Assembly (NCBI GenBank): GCA_040954595.2
Contig: CM082596.2
Coordinates: forward strand, 4,856,181-4,920,180
Length of the DNA: 64,000 nt
DNA from: Balanoglossus misakiensis
Taxonomy: Eukaryota > Animalia > Hemichordata
Reading direction: 5' to 3'
The notes under the pieces were generated by a model. That model searched no databases and was not told the origin of the DNA. It saw only the letters and a list, made by a program, of their open reading frames with translations. The position numbers and the translations under genes are program-made. Shown here in pieces: positions 12,801 to 26,557 of this stretch. Position 1 is the stretch's first letter. Each line of letters begins with the position of its first letter.

Positions 12801-15800
12801 TGCATTATCACCGCTAAAGGGATTACCATACAAAATATCGATGAATAATTGATGCTGTTTTCCTGTGTCTGGCCTGCCCAGGTTCTCAACAGCAATGATT
12901 GATTTTTCACGCTACATTAGTTTTTCTCGAGCATAATTGGTATCTGGATGTCTAATGGACTGACATCTCACAGCTACAAGGACAAGCTTCTTTTTTAACA
13001 AACATCACACTCACATGACCCAAACTCTTGGACTGAATCATTTAAATACATATAATGTTAAAAGTGTGTTTGATTGGGATCGTAGAAATGAAACTCTGAA
13101 TTCAACTTACTCAAAACGTCCACCACATTTTCTATGTTCACTTCTTCATCTGAAGGAAACCAGGGCATCTTAGAAATTTTCATCAGCAATGGAGGTACTT
13201 GCACCTGGTAACAACAAATCACAAAATAATAGCAACTACCGGTATATACATTTTCCTTTACTTTTTAACATATAGTTTGGTCCAATCCTATTGTTTGCAT
13301 TGCAACTAACAACAGCTATGTAACTGCTGATAATTCTGTGATTGCCAAATAATGTCAAGCACAGTATAAACATGACTGTGTACATAGTACACTAACTGTA
13401 CACTGTTTACTGATGCTGACAGGAGATGAGATTGGTATAGGGTCAGTTCCGGAGGGGCAGTGTTGGTTACTTACTTCTTCTTCCTGTTCTTCTTCTTCCT
13501 CCACAGTTTTGGAAATTTCTCGTTTCTACATTTGACAGAGACAAAACCAAATATAATGGCACGGTTTCCTGACTAGAAATGATGTAATGCATGAGATACA
13601 ACGTGAAAAGATACCAAGCTGATAAGATATCGGAATTGTTGACTGCACTGCTTATAACAAAATTACGCTGACAAGATTTGTCTCTGTAGTCAAGAAACAT
13701 GTTTGGAGACAGGCTGCCTTCTCATTTAGTTATTTCTTTCAAGGAATGCAAACCAAATCTGAGAAATGAATTCATCAGAGCACGATATTAACTTGCTTTG
13801 GCAAACATTCTAAACACACTTGACCTGGGACAAGACCAGGGATTTATGTAAACTCACCTCAAACTTCTTAAATTTTGGTAAATGAAATTTCTGTGGTGGA
13901 TCTACAAAAAATTGGCGATACGCAAAAAAAAAACTCACTTTAGAATAATGACAATTCATTTATAAGAAGAGATAAAACACTGGATATGAAACAAATACCA
14001 TGAGATAACTACATTGTGATTATCTGACAAGTTGCGATCAGTTTAAACTCACACTTCAGTAACTGTTTCCTCAACTTCTTCTGCTTTGCCATGGCAACCG
14101 ACTTTCTCCTTAGCTCCAAAGGCATCAGTTCATCAAACTCATCATCTTCGTCAAATTCCTCAGAGCCAGAATATTCATAAACTTCTTCCTCTTCTTCTGA
14201 GGAATCCCACATAATGAGTTCATCTGAAAACTATGAATTTCAAGAACGGTTTTCAGAATATACATATTGACACGTTCTACAAGAAATGCTAGGAGAGTGT
14301 AAAATATGGCACTCAGAACAAAACAAACACACAGTGTATAGAAGTCCCACTTACCAAGGGTGACAATGGCGTCTTTGACAACGTTTCAGACACAGCTTGC
14401 ATTGGTGGAACCTTTGGGTATTAAAAAATAAAATAAGCTGTCATATCTGCTGTATTTCGAGATTGTGACATTTTCTTGGAATGAAAACATCCACACAAAA
14501 CACCATGTGACAATGATGCTGATATAAGAATGGCATGATCAATAGTGTTTTAATATTAAAATATGAAGAACTGTTACACGTACTGGTTTCAGTTTCCATG
14601 GTATCGGTGTCCGTTCAATTGGTGGTGGCTTATATCCCATCAGTGCACGGATCACAGAATTCGGAATGTATCCTGGAAAATAAAATCATCTTTTAAAATT
14701 CTCAAAATCATATGTGAAGATTATGTTTTCTACACCACCAAACAATTTGGTCTGTCTGTCTAATTGTTTGTCTCTCTCTGCCTGTCTGTCAACACTGCAT
14801 TTTACAAGCGTACACGATGATAAGTCTTCATATGATAAGCTGGAATAATACCAATCTATTTCTCTCTTACCATCAGGAGCTATTGGCCATGGTTTTTTCT
14901 TCTCCTCCTCCTCTTCTTCCTCTTTCTCACTTTTCTCTTCATCTTTCATTTCTTCATCCTCTGCTTGCTTTTCAACTGTGAAGATTCAGACATCGTTTAC
15001 TTGTTTCAATTTGAAAATTTTGCCACAAACTGACATATCTTACTATCTATTATCACCACTTTTGCTTGCATCCTTAAAGTACCTACCAAGCTCAACACTC
15101 TTTGACTGCTTTTCTTCAGTAACTAATGTATACAATGAACTAGCCTCTCGACTCAATACAGCCGGTAATGACATGGTGGACGTGGATGTAAATCCCTGAG
15201 ATTTGGAGCTGGCAAGTCGGCCGAGTGAGTAGGCAGCCAGTTCTGTGAGTTGTGTCAACTCTTCGGAGCTGAGAGGAATCTCTGTGGAAAAGAAGGAAAA
15301 GGAATTGTAATTTCCTGTTGTGAAATTATGACAAAAGTTCTGAACTGTTGGGGTTTTCAATCCTTACACCCCAGTTCCCTATTTCGTGGTCCAACTTTAG
15401 CGTAGAAAACAATGTATCTGGACCAAACCATGGTGGTGAAAGGGTAAATATTACTGGCAAGCTACCGGTAAGTTAGTAAGAACAAACAAGACACCAACCC
15501 TGCTCTGATTCAGCTATCTCTGATATAGCTTTTAGAATCTCTTCCTCAGATGCTGAAGGTAAAGACTTTTCTTCTTTTTCTTCCTTTTCTTCTTCTTCTT
15601 CTTCTTCTTCTTCTCTCCCTTCTTCCATTTCGGAAGGAGTTTGGAGTCTTTGCAGCACCTTGTTCATTAGACGTCGATTGCTCAAATTGGCAGGCAAAGC
15701 AAGCAAATTACGGATGTCAAACCTACAATAGAAATACACAAACCTTTCACACCTATTCCCAAATGCAAGAGTCCAACTGCCCCACTGAAAACTATAGGGT

Positions 15801-18190
15801 GAAACTAAGTCATGCAGAAAATGGGTGGTGCCGGAAATGTCATGTTACTCACCACAGTTGTAAGTCCGGATTGAATTCCAGTGGCTCTTCCATGGCCTCG
15901 TCCGTGAAATCTTCCAGTAACATCTTTTCCAGTGTGGATTGTGGAAGATAGTTTATGATCGGAATATAGCTGGAATGAAAGAAAGAAAGAATAAACATTC
16001 ATTTGTGGATCTTCTATAATAAGCCGTAATATCTTGCTAGTGGGACTATAGATTGTATACCTACATAGATGGAACTGAAGATTGACAAAGTGTGTCACAA
16101 GTTTCTCCATCCACTGCTCGACAAACGATGTCTGGTAACTAACCTGACATGATTTTGAAATCCCAGCAGCAGATCGCCTCGATCATTAGCAAAGCAGACG
16201 CCCCGCACTGTGTGATCAAGGCAGAGTTCACGGACTAACTGATTTTGGGTGTTCCAAATCTGGAGAGAAAAAAATAACAATTGACTTTATTTGATGTTCT
16301 TGTCATAGTCCAGTGGAAAGGCTAACAGTGAACTTGAAAAAGTCTTTGGATTTGACATAAATGTTGACATTGAAAGCCACTGTTTGAGAGTAATTACATT
16401 AATGCACAGCTGAACATGGATCACTTACAGTGAACTGGCATTAATGGTCGAGCTAACAAAACATACACAGCTACAGGTGGTTTGTGTCAGTGTAATCGTT
16501 CTCTGACAGCAAATTTATGACCACTTTACTTTCACATTTTACATGCAAAATACGTCTGATTAAAAAATTTAATGTGTAAAGCGTTTGTTTGGTAATCTGA
16601 CACGAAAATGGAAAGTGTGAACTCAGATATGCGATCCACAGACCAATTCAAGATACCAGGAGTAGATGTTTAGGAGAGACTTACTTTGACAGATCCATCA
16701 GTGCTTGTAGTGGCGAATAAACCTAACTTCTGACAGCTACACAGTGCAGTTATCTGTGTGTATAGAATTAAACAGTCAGTCATGAAAAACGAGTGATTTT
16801 AAAATTGTTAAAAAAATTGTCTCAAAATAAAAAAAATAGCAATATATCTACCGTACCTGCTTCGTATGATCGTCGTCTTGGTGATGTGTGAGTCTGTGGA
16901 TGTTGTTGTGGTCTGCGGGTTCTTCTAAGTGGTTGTCACGGTTACTGTCATTGTCGTGCAGCCTGTACATATCAATGGCACTGCAATCAAATACCGTAAT
17001 CAAATTAAATCACTGCATTGTTAGAGTCCTGCCGTAGGAGCTGGCAAAATTGACCAATTATTCTGTCTAATAGATACCCATTCTTAGCGTCAAAATGATC
17101 ATGGAAAATGTATCAAGAAAATTGCTAATCCGCCATAATTGACCATTTATCAAAATTGCTACACGTTGACCCTGACATTTAGTCAAGCTATAGAACATCT
17201 TAAATTTCCCAGTAGGGATGATTGCTAAAAGTGGTTGCATTAAATATTCAGTTGTTAGATTTCTGATTTGCTTGGATTTTTGATCAATTGATTTGGTTCT
17301 TCATCAAGAATGCGGATATGAACTCTGCGACCCCTATTTCTCAACAAAATGTCTTAGGCTCAAGTAAAGTTTGAGAGGTACTGTGTACAATTTGAAATAC
17401 GCATGCTGACGCGGTATTGAATGTGTGTATATACCGAGCATATACTTACTTGTTAGGCATTGCAAGACAAGTCACATTGCCAAGCATAGACACATGGGTT
17501 GGGCACAGCTCACACTTGATCTGTCGACAACAGAATGATGAGAATGGAATTGTAAAAGTCAAAAGATTTATATACACAGAGAGAACAGTAGTTCTGTCAG
17601 CCACGTCATATATCTCTCTGCGAAATTTATTGTTCAAATTTACCTAAAGTCTGCTGTTGTGTCAATACTTACACTAGAATTATGTACTAAAAGATGACTA
17701 CAATGCTGTTTATTTGATCTGTAACCTTGATAGGGAAATGGTTGGCTGTATAACAGGATGTGTTTTGAGTTCGACTTTTTGTTTACAGTATGTCTGCATT
17801 TTCAAATATCATGCAGTAAGCCAGTATCTTGACAGCAGAATTTTCTCTGTAACTATATTGTCACTTATTTGTCTCAAAAGCATATCAATGTTGAATGATA
17901 AATTGTATGGAGTGTTAAAACATTTCTTTATAATTTTTCATCATTTCACGCCATAAATATGTTTTGGTGGGAGTCATCTTGCACATTTACTAAATGATGT
18001 AGGGCAAATATTCAAAACAGTGAAAACCAAAGCTCTTGATTGACAAAAGCTATTTCATGCTACACTGCTAGGGAATAAATCAAAGATTTAACTTACTGTG
18101 TGTATGGGCGTCAAATACAGGTGTGCAACTTGCACTGATATGCTCCATATTTTTACTTTCTGTAATATACAAATAAGATGAAGATGATGG

Positions 18191-18239
<49 letters not shown>

Positions 18240-21200
18240 CATCATCATCATCATCATCATCGTCACCACCAACACCACCACCACCACCATCATCATCATC
18301 ACTATCATCATCATCATCATCACCACCACCACCACCACCACTACCACCATCATCATCATCATCATCACCACCACCACCACTACCATCATCATCATCATCA
18401 TCATCATCGTCACCACCACCACCATCATCTATTTTATACACAATATTCTACCCTATGCAATCCAAACATCACCACTTTGTCAATCATAAACACCAGTAAT
18501 TGTTATCTTCATCATCATCATCATCGACAACATCACAGCGTCATCAAATGGTGACCTCTCACCTTATCAGTTCCCACAGACATCAATCGGTCAGCGTCGC
18601 CCGTAGACCGCCCGCTTCCAATGTTGCCATGGGAATGCTCCAATGTGGCGACTTGACCACAATGGGCTTGCACCGGGAACTTCATGGTCACAGTGTCGGC
18701 TTCAATCAGACTAATCTGACCGTTGCAGTGACCGGCAAATATCAGCGACTCTCCATCACCCGTCTCCGGATATCCCAATGCTAAGTCCTGTAAAGAAAAC
18801 ATACATATACAAAGATTGCTAAGAAGGAATCATTTTCTTTCTGTGACACTGTGAGATTTTTCTATGAAACAATAGCCAGATAGATGAAAATATATTCCTA
18901 ATAGCTAGGCCACTTTTTGTTATATGAACAATGACTGCCACTGACCAGTTTCAGCAGAGTGAGGCAAAGTATGGCTTCATCAGGGAGTCGTGGCACCCAC
19001 AACTGAAAGGCTGTGCATGGATTAGTGGAGGAGTTGAACACTAGGACTTCTCCGGTGGCCAGGGCCGTGTAGATCTGGCTGTTCCTGGCATCATACACTA
19101 TGTCAGTCAAGACCTGCAAGGAAATCACAAATTGATCAGAAAGTGGACATGGAAAAAAATATTAACACAGGATTCGTAGGGGATTTTAAAGATTTAAATA
19201 TGACAAAATGTAACCAACACTGCACATACCAGTACACTAAAGGTAAAAGTTGACAAAACCTTTCAGATTGAGAACTGGATTATTTTGTTTTACCTGATAG
19301 GTTGCCATGGGGTATATGATGGTAAGTATGGAACCTGAAACTGACGATAGCAACCGCACACCTCCATCCTGTAATTACAGATTAACAGAGAGCAGATCAT
19401 ACACAGTGCAACCAGCAAACAATACACTCTGGAATTTTCCACCCAAAATTTCACTGACACTCACAAACTTACCCAGAGAACGGTCAACAACAGAGTATAA
19501 ATTGCACTCAGATATGAAAATATCCCTGGCAATACAGCATGTTTGTATTGGAACTAAGGCCAAACGTAAAACAATTCTCCCGATGCGTCTTAAGCAAGTA
19601 CGGAAAACATATACTTTGTTGCCATGTGACCCCATCAATTATTCATGCTATTATATAGCATATTTCTTGCAAGTGTTGTGTTGACCTTGTGACCAATACA
19701 TTTATGTAAGGTACATTATTGCAAATAATCTGTTTTACAATATATCTACATGTATCTAACTATCGTATCTGTCAACACACCTCTGCAATGCACAGGATTC
19801 GAGACGGCTTTCCCGGAGAAGTGACACGGGTCAGTTTGTAAATGCATGACTGGATGGGTGTGAAGATGTGGTGAAACTGAAATAAATTGACAGGAAACAG
19901 AGAAATTAACTTTTGAGCTGGAACATGTGACAATGAGAGGTGAAGAAGTCATTTACCATAAAATCTCGATGAGAAAATAAATGTAGGGAAGTTTTACTTT
20001 ATATTATCTGAAATTAAAAGGGGGCGGTCTCTTTGAAGAGAAGTATTATACTGACCTGATTAAAATTGAAGATTTTTACGTCTCGAAGGGTTTGAAAGTA
20101 AAGTTGGTTACTGTTGGCCAGCTTCATGGCATGGATCCTTTCTCCCACATCAAGACGTAATGTCTGTGAGCAGAGAATAAAAATAACGAAAAAAAGTTTT
20201 AAAAATTTATTCAAATACATTTCATGATTGAATGTGCTCACTGTGTCTTCATAGAAATTCGAACCTGAACAATAAATACTGTGGTAACTTTATACTAAAG
20301 GGCCGGTGATTTTTTTTTAACTTTAAAGTAAGCACCTGGCCACTGCGGGCGCTATACAGGCAATCTCGGTGAGCGGCCATTTCATTTTTTCACTAGGAGT
20401 ACAAGAAATTGCTTACCTGTTCGAAAGTATCCAATCTCCAAATCCTGATTGTGCCGTCTTTGGAACTGGAGAGCAACAGTGGGTCACTTGGGTGCATAAT
20501 TAGTCCTGGTGGTGAAAAAATATGTGATAAAAAGTAATAGAAAATGCAGAATGTGAACATTTCATTTTAAAACCCCTTCAAAACCATGATCTGGTTCTTA
20601 TCCATTGAATTTTTACAGTATAAAAGTTTGATCTCTCAAAAGCAAACAGGGATGAAAGGGTTAAAAATACAGTCTGTGATGGATCGAAATATGTCTAAAA
20701 CAGGATCTAAGCAGTTGATTTAAGTAGATTTGCGAACATGCACTCTATGTTATCCCTTTGTAAAAAAAAATTGAAAGATATTTTCCAGTGTTGTTACATG
20801 TATGTATGCGATTAACTGTTTTTTTAGCACCGTTTTGGTTTTACCTGTAATAGTATCATGATGTCCTATGAATTCGTGTACAATGCTGAACACTATAGCA
20901 TTCCAGACCTTGATGGAGCCATCCTTGGCAGCGGTGATGAAATATTCCAATGGACGGTAAAACACACAACTGAAAAAGGTAATGTATAGTAACATAGAAA
21001 TGTGACAAATGGTTTTTAGTATTCAGGTTATTGTGAATATACACTCATTCAACTCTCTCTCTATGACAGAGACTCACCTGGATAACGATGTAACATGCCA
21101 GTTTCTGATGAAATGCGTCTGTTTGTTGGTTTGGTAGTTGATGATGTAGACACCATCGTCGCACTGCACAAGCAATTGGTGGTTCTTCTTGTCCAGTTTC

Positions 21201-22681
21201 AGATTGGTCACCCACTGGTCTTGACTCAAGTTGCATTCAAAGGGCCTTCCTGGTTGGAGGGCACCTCTCAACTACAGCGAAAAATAAATGGATTCAACCA
21301 AACCTTGAGTTTGTTTGAAAAAAATATAATCTCTAACTACTAGCTTTCCCTAAGCATACAGCTATGCATAAATTCTCATAAAGTACATGTACACACGCAA
21401 ATGTGTTGGAATAGTTTAGTGTTGATAATTCTCACCTCAACATGCGTCATTCTCCAACTCACGATCGCTCCAAAACCACCAGCAATCAGCTCATCTGTTA
21501 CATCATTGTACACCATGCTGGCAATCAAATCGAAGAGAAAAAAAAAAACATGTTTAAGGTGTTTTGACAATTTTACACCCATTTTTTTTCAAGAAAGGCA
21601 ATCTAATGGCACTTCTTAGACGAGGTAGGCTTAAATGTGATGTACAAAATGTAAAAGGACTTACCACAGCATTGTAGTTGGACACTGAGTAGCCATAAGT
21701 TCTGCCATCCGATGCTTGGCATCACTGAACACTCTCAGACACATGTCGCTACAAAAACCTACAAAGACCTAACAATATAAAACATGAGAAATTTTGTGAA
21801 TGCTAGTTCAAATCTAATTCATTGCAGCACAGTTAGTTATTCTCCCATTTGTTATTTCTTTGACAGTCCCAAAACTTTTAGAAGTGGCACTCTTTTTACC
21901 CTACACTAAACTGACGAAATTAACAAGTTGATGAAAGTTTTTTGGGGAGTCATCGAATGATGTTACTGGCATAAGTTGTACTCACTCTGTGCTGGGGAAC
22001 AAATATCATACTTGTTATTGTTGGCTGGATGTTGAATCTGTGAATGTACAAAACAAAAGACATCACGAAATTTGTATAGGGCATGAATATTACATATAGT
22101 GTGGTATAAAAACTGTTTTCAGCAATTTTGCTTTAAAAGGCACTAGATGACTATCTTTCACATCCTCTGGAATGTTCTAAAGAGTGAGACTTAAGAACAA
22201 TATTGACGTACATCACCAAATAATCAATATTTGGACCTGTGAGATCAAAGAATGTCCTACCTTCTGTAACGCACTTGGACATCATTATAACTATTGATCG
22301 TCCACAGCTGTATCTGGTTGGAGACGCCCGCATCGTAGTGAGTGACGTAGATATCACCAGCCGTAGAGTGATAAAACGTCATGCACTTCAGAGTATGTGG
22401 GTGATGCAGACTGTAGGCGAGCTGTCAAAGGGACATGATCGATACAAGAAAAGTTATCAAGACTTGGATAACTATGTTTTGTTTAAAAGCTTCACAGTAT
22501 TTAAACACAATTACTGATTATTAGAAAGTTAAAAATCATATTCTTCAACAACACTACCCCTTACCTGTGGTCCATATGGTATAAGCACCGAATCAGCTGA
22601 GTCTGAAGATTTCAAAAGGTTTATTATTCCGTCTTGCACTTGTCTCCACGGTAACAGTTTGGGTCTGCTTTTTGGAGGCAT
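6891..22681 (-). CDS. WDR87: WD40-repeat protein of the WDR87/WDR97 family (WDR87-like), ~38 exons, with acidic linker and C-terminal HEAT-like repeats
   Basis: ATG at 22681 (MPPKSRPKLLPWRQVQDGII, in-frame stop 10 codons upstream); TGA at 6893-6891. GT-AG exons give VFVGFCSDMCLRVFSD, MVYNDVTDELIAGGFGAIVSW, FITAAKDGSIKVWN, RILCIAE-DGGVRLLSSVSGSILTIIYP, YTALATGEVLVFNSSTNPC, LIFAGHCNGQISLI, LFATTSTDGSVK-IWN, VCFANDRGDLLLGF and PIAPDGYIPNSVIR, colinear with recalled vertebrate WDR87 segments. HEAT-like LQSDHAMIRVNAVRTLGDLG..ENVRLEATAALTKL lies at ~11670-12246. Several short internal exon boundaries are approximate, and WDR87 versus paralogue WDR97 needs a phylogeny. Confidence 0.8.
8604..8670. 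mobile_element. piggyBac-like MITE family, partial copy
   Basis: CATTGTTTTCTATGG...GGACC...GGGGGTGAAAGGG-TTAA shares the internal motif and GGG-TTAA terminus with the other copies. Confidence 0.5.
15357..15448. mobile_element. piggyBac-like MITE family, near full-length ~90 bp copy
   Basis: TCAATCCTTACACCCC...AGAAAACAATGTATCTGGACCAAACCATGGTGGTGAAAGGGTAAA has degenerate TTAA-CCC..GGG-TTAA ends. Confidence 0.55.
18175..18428. repeat. Compound trinucleotide microsatellite (GAT)n followed by (CAT)n/(CAC)n
   Basis: Directly visible; intronic in the WDR87-like gene. Confidence 0.95.
20567..20664. mobile_element. piggyBac-like MITE family, full-length ~95 bp copy
   Basis: TTAA-AACCCCTTCAAAACCATGATCTGGTTC...ACAGGGATGAAAGGG-TTAA; TTAA flanks with CCC/GGG terminal repeats. 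Confidence 0.6.
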
Positions 22682-22959
22682 GATAATTGACACCTTGGTT
22701 TTTGATATTCAGTCACATCCTACAGTTGATTACAGTCATCTACTAAAAAGAAAAGGATTTTGTCAAATGAATGAAGAAACATGGGGTATGTATTTTGGGT
22801 GAACGGCCGGCCACATGGCCACACCCCCACACAATAACAATCGTTGGAGACACGCCCCCACGTGTTGAGAATAGTGAAATAGACAGAACTGCCCTGTGGC
22901 AAAATTAGACCGAAAAAGTAACCAATTTTAGGCTTTTAACATTTGAAGTTGGGCGGTGC

Positions 22960-23063
22960 TAGTCCTACGTACAGGTCTGTGTGCTCCCGGCGTTACAAGG
23001 CCTCCCCTGTGGTGGAGGCCGTGTAACGCTGGGAACACACAGACCTGTACGCAGAGCTAGCTA
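22960..23063. mobile_element. Short palindromic non-autonomous DNA transposon (AcademH-like)
   Basis: ~100 bp near-perfect foldback (CGTACAGGTCTGTGTGCTCCCGGCGTTACA..TGTAACGCTGGGAACACACAGACCTGTACG) with TAG...CTA termini and a 9-bp direct repeat GGGCGGTGC at 22951-22959 and 23064-23072. Confidence 0.7.
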
Positions 23064-23319
23064 GGGCGGTGCAGCCGACGCTCGCCAGACTAGTGGTCTA
23101 TCGAAAAACAGCGGCACATACTGGCAAACACAAGAAGTACCCCCCGAGGCAATTCTCCACATGTAGCTAGTGCGTTAGCCTCTATTCCCCCATCCTCGTA
23201 CATGTGGGTATTTGACATGCCCCCCCCCCCCCCCCCTTTGGAGGCATACCCTTGCTTCAGGAAAACATTGATGTTTCACCGCCTCAGTACAGGAAAACTG
23301 GGCCTTTTTAGGAACTTAC

Positions 23320-23481
23320 CAGCATGACTGTGTGAAGACTTCTTCTTCCTTACACATAATGTCCAATAATTTCACCGAAGACGCGATAATTTGGCCACAA
23401 TGCCCTCTTTTCTGAAGATCTTCCATGTTCGGATTCTGCGGTACGAAAACTTGTGTCCTCATGAGGACATTAGTGACGTCA
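23320..23481 (-). promoter_or_regulatory. Putative non-coding first exon/promoter of the WDR87-like gene with a full CRE site
   Basis: Strong minus-strand donor TG|GTAAGT at 23320/23319, matching acceptor TTTTTAGTAG at ~22740, and palindromic TGACGTCA at 23474-23481. Confidence 0.4.
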
Positions 23482-23961
23482 CAGAATGTTCTACGGGCCG
23501 TTCTTACTTATTGACAGGGGTGTGTGGGCCATGAAGAGAGGGGCGTTTCGATATTGCTAGAAACGATCCAATCCGAATGAAAATTCCAATACTACTGAAG
23601 TTTCATGCTACGCCAAATTAATTGCACAATATTTACCACGAACTTACCGTGACGCCGAGCTTATGAGGGCGTTGTGGATCTATTTGGTGTCCTTACACGT
23701 ATTTGGCATTTAGCGCCACCAACGACTGACTGAAACGATTATATTGTTCACACCTGTATAACAGCAAACATGTCTATATATTGTACAAAACTGTTGAGAT
23801 CTCAAGCTGATAACACGAAAACCAACTTAATATTAAAGAAACGGATCTTTATAAAGTCTCATTTATTTCTTTATTGAAATATATTCGCGTTGATTAAGAT
23901 TAAACGAAAATGCCGCATGTTATGTACAGTACACATCTCATGGTCATCATTCATCACAAGT

Positions 23962-26557
23962 TTAACGCCAAGGTCCCCAGGCTCGATTTGGTTTGAGCTG
24001 CGGATTGGCCAACTTATCGCCCGGTGGATAATTGCAGGGTACCGCATCCTGGTTGTATTCACCCAGTCTTTTCAACAAACTCAACACTATTTCCGGGTTC
24101 TCGTCGGCCACGTCGTACAGCTCATTCGGATCGTCCAGAACATTGAACAGCCAGATCATCTTTTCTTTGCTCTCCTGAAGTCGCATGTTTTCCAGTTCCA
24201 ACTCTGGGGGTGCCGTCCAATAAGGTTGTCCTTAAAATATACAAAAATCTATTTTGTTTCCTTTGGAGGACTTCTGATGAAACTTCTCCCCCATTTCATG
24301 TTTTACATAAGATTCATAATAATATTCAAAAATGAAATATGAACTTTGTGCAAGCGCATTCAACTTACTTGGCACACCCGTAACCAGCTTCCAGTCTCCT
24401 CTCCGAATTCCAGCGCGTACACAGATATCGAAGTATGGGTTATCCCGATAAATGCTCGGGGCATTTGGGTTGGGACAGGTTTCCATGGGATCGATATTGA
24501 TCAAGAACTCCTTCCGCGGGGACGCAGAACCTTTACTGGAATGGAAAGAAACAGTCGTTGGTCGAAGAGGATGCGGTTGTAATATTGATAACCTGAAAAA
24601 AATCTCTGAGAATCTGAAAACTTACCTGATCATATCCCATTGGTTGAAACCGTCCAGAGGCTTGGTTCCGTCCAAGCTCCCGCCAGCCAGGTGCACGAAC
24701 GTAGGGAACCAATCAGTGACGTGCATGAGCTCGTGACTCTCTGTCCCCCTCACTTCGGCGTCCAATAGCGGACTGGTGACAAACCCGACTCCTCGAATGC
24801 CGCCCTCGAACATCGATCTCTTCCCTCCGCGCAGAGGCCAATTGATGCTGCCGTAACTGGTAGCGCCACCGTTGTCTGGAGTTTGTAAACAGGAAAATAC
24901 CGGGCACACACGGTTACAGAATATTTCATTCGTGGTTATTTAAATTGAATGAGCCAGTTAAATTATAAACTCACAGACAGTAGGCCTAAATAGGCTGAAC
25001 GCTACGCAAATCTAATATCTCAATATCTTTGACTTGTGCTTTCTTCTCACAGCCATCACGAATACCCATTACCTGTAGAGAATATGAAAACGGTATCTTC
25101 CCACATCCCAGTCTCAATCAGCGTTTGCGTGATGTTGTACACGGCTTCATCGAGACACGTTACCATGGCAGCTTTTTTCCGTCGAGTTTCATCTTCGATC
25201 AAGTCGACATAGAGGTCTTCGTATTCCCTTGGTACATCAAGGGGGTTGTGGACGGCCGCGAACGGAAGATACAGAAACAGCGGCTGTGGAGGAAAAATTC
25301 AGTGGCGGTTTAAAGTGTAAATCGCCGCGGAAGGCAAACATCAAAGGTCGGTCACCTGATCTGCCCATTATAAAATCAATCATTACCTGGTGGGGATCGT
25401 GACCTCGAATAACCTTTTGAGCTTCCTCCGCGAACAGTATGGTAGAGTACTGGTCCCGGTGTTGCTTAGCGACGCTCTCCTCGTTTCGTAGAAGATCCCA
25501 CCCGAACAACAGCGTCTGGTTGCCATCGGCGTCTTCGTGGTAATAGCCAAAATCGTACGTGTAGTGGTAAATGAGACAGTTCAGGAAACCTAGACAAGGA
25601 GGAAAAAATAACGTTTACATGGAACATTTCTTGAAGCCACTGAATGTTGCAAATTTGAAACTGGTTTCCACAGCGACAATATATCATGCAAAACATACCA
25701 GGCGCAAAAAAAGCCAATAACGGTGCCATGCTTACCGAAGAAAGTGTCAAAACCACGATAAGTTGGAAGGCACTCCTTCTGGTAGAACCCGAGGTGCCAC
25801 TTCCCGACCATGTGCGTCGCGTAGCCGGATTCTTTCAGTTTCTGGGCGATGGTGACTTCGTCGGTCGGCAGACACACTGGCTGGTCCGGTTGGATCACCA
25901 AATGCTGCAGACCATAGCGAATCTGTAGGACACAAAACAATGGAATCAATCAAATCCTAGATGAGCATGCATGACGTCATAGTGATAACAGGCTGTTTAT
26001 AGTATTACGTGCCTCAGGCGGGGCAGATTTTCATTAAAAATGATAGACGAATCTTTCAATCCGCTGTCGTACACTGTATTAAAGTCTGTGGGAGTCAAAT
26101 GTGTAAATAAGGGACTGATACGTAATGTGGATGAATATTTGCTTTGCTTTGCAGCAAATGGTAGCTGATTAATAGCAATCGGTGCTACCGTTGGAATTCG
26201 GTATAGTTAATAAAGGCCAGGTATTATGCCTGTCGCCGCAGTTCAACGCAAAAAAAGACTGGAAGTTAAAGAAAACGTTTACAGCAACGACCGGCCACGT
26301 ACCTGGTACCTCCCACTCAAGAGCTGAGCTCTCGTCGGCGAACACAGCGGCTGCACGTAGTAGTTCTCCAGCTTCACCCCTATACTGGCCAGTCGGTCGA
26401 GGAACGGCGAGCGCACCATGGAGCCATGGTAACCGATGTCATGCCAACCGAAGTCGTCGGCCAGGACGAAGACGATGTGCGGCTGGCGAGACCGGGCGTC
26501 GACCAGACGAGCCAGGATGATGAGCAAAAACGTCTGGATGATGTACGAGGACGCCAT
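23962..26557 (-). CDS. Arylsulfatase B/I/J-family sulfatase (7 exons, ~513 aa, N-terminal signal peptide)
   Basis: Exons 26557-26303, 25922-25736, 25589-25387, 25283-25073, 24875-24626, 24535-24369, 24230-23962 (1542 nt, in frame). Hydrophobic signal peptide, then [15 protein letters not shown], formylglycine motif [59 protein letters not shown] and a terminal WGPW, all typical of ARSB/ARSI/ARSJ. Confidence 0.93.

Noticed and set aside
18088-18489. Poly-D/G/H, poly-M/I ORFs (also at 39492-39869 and 62113-62700)
   Set aside because: Translations of trinucleotide microsatellites in introns or intergenic DNA.
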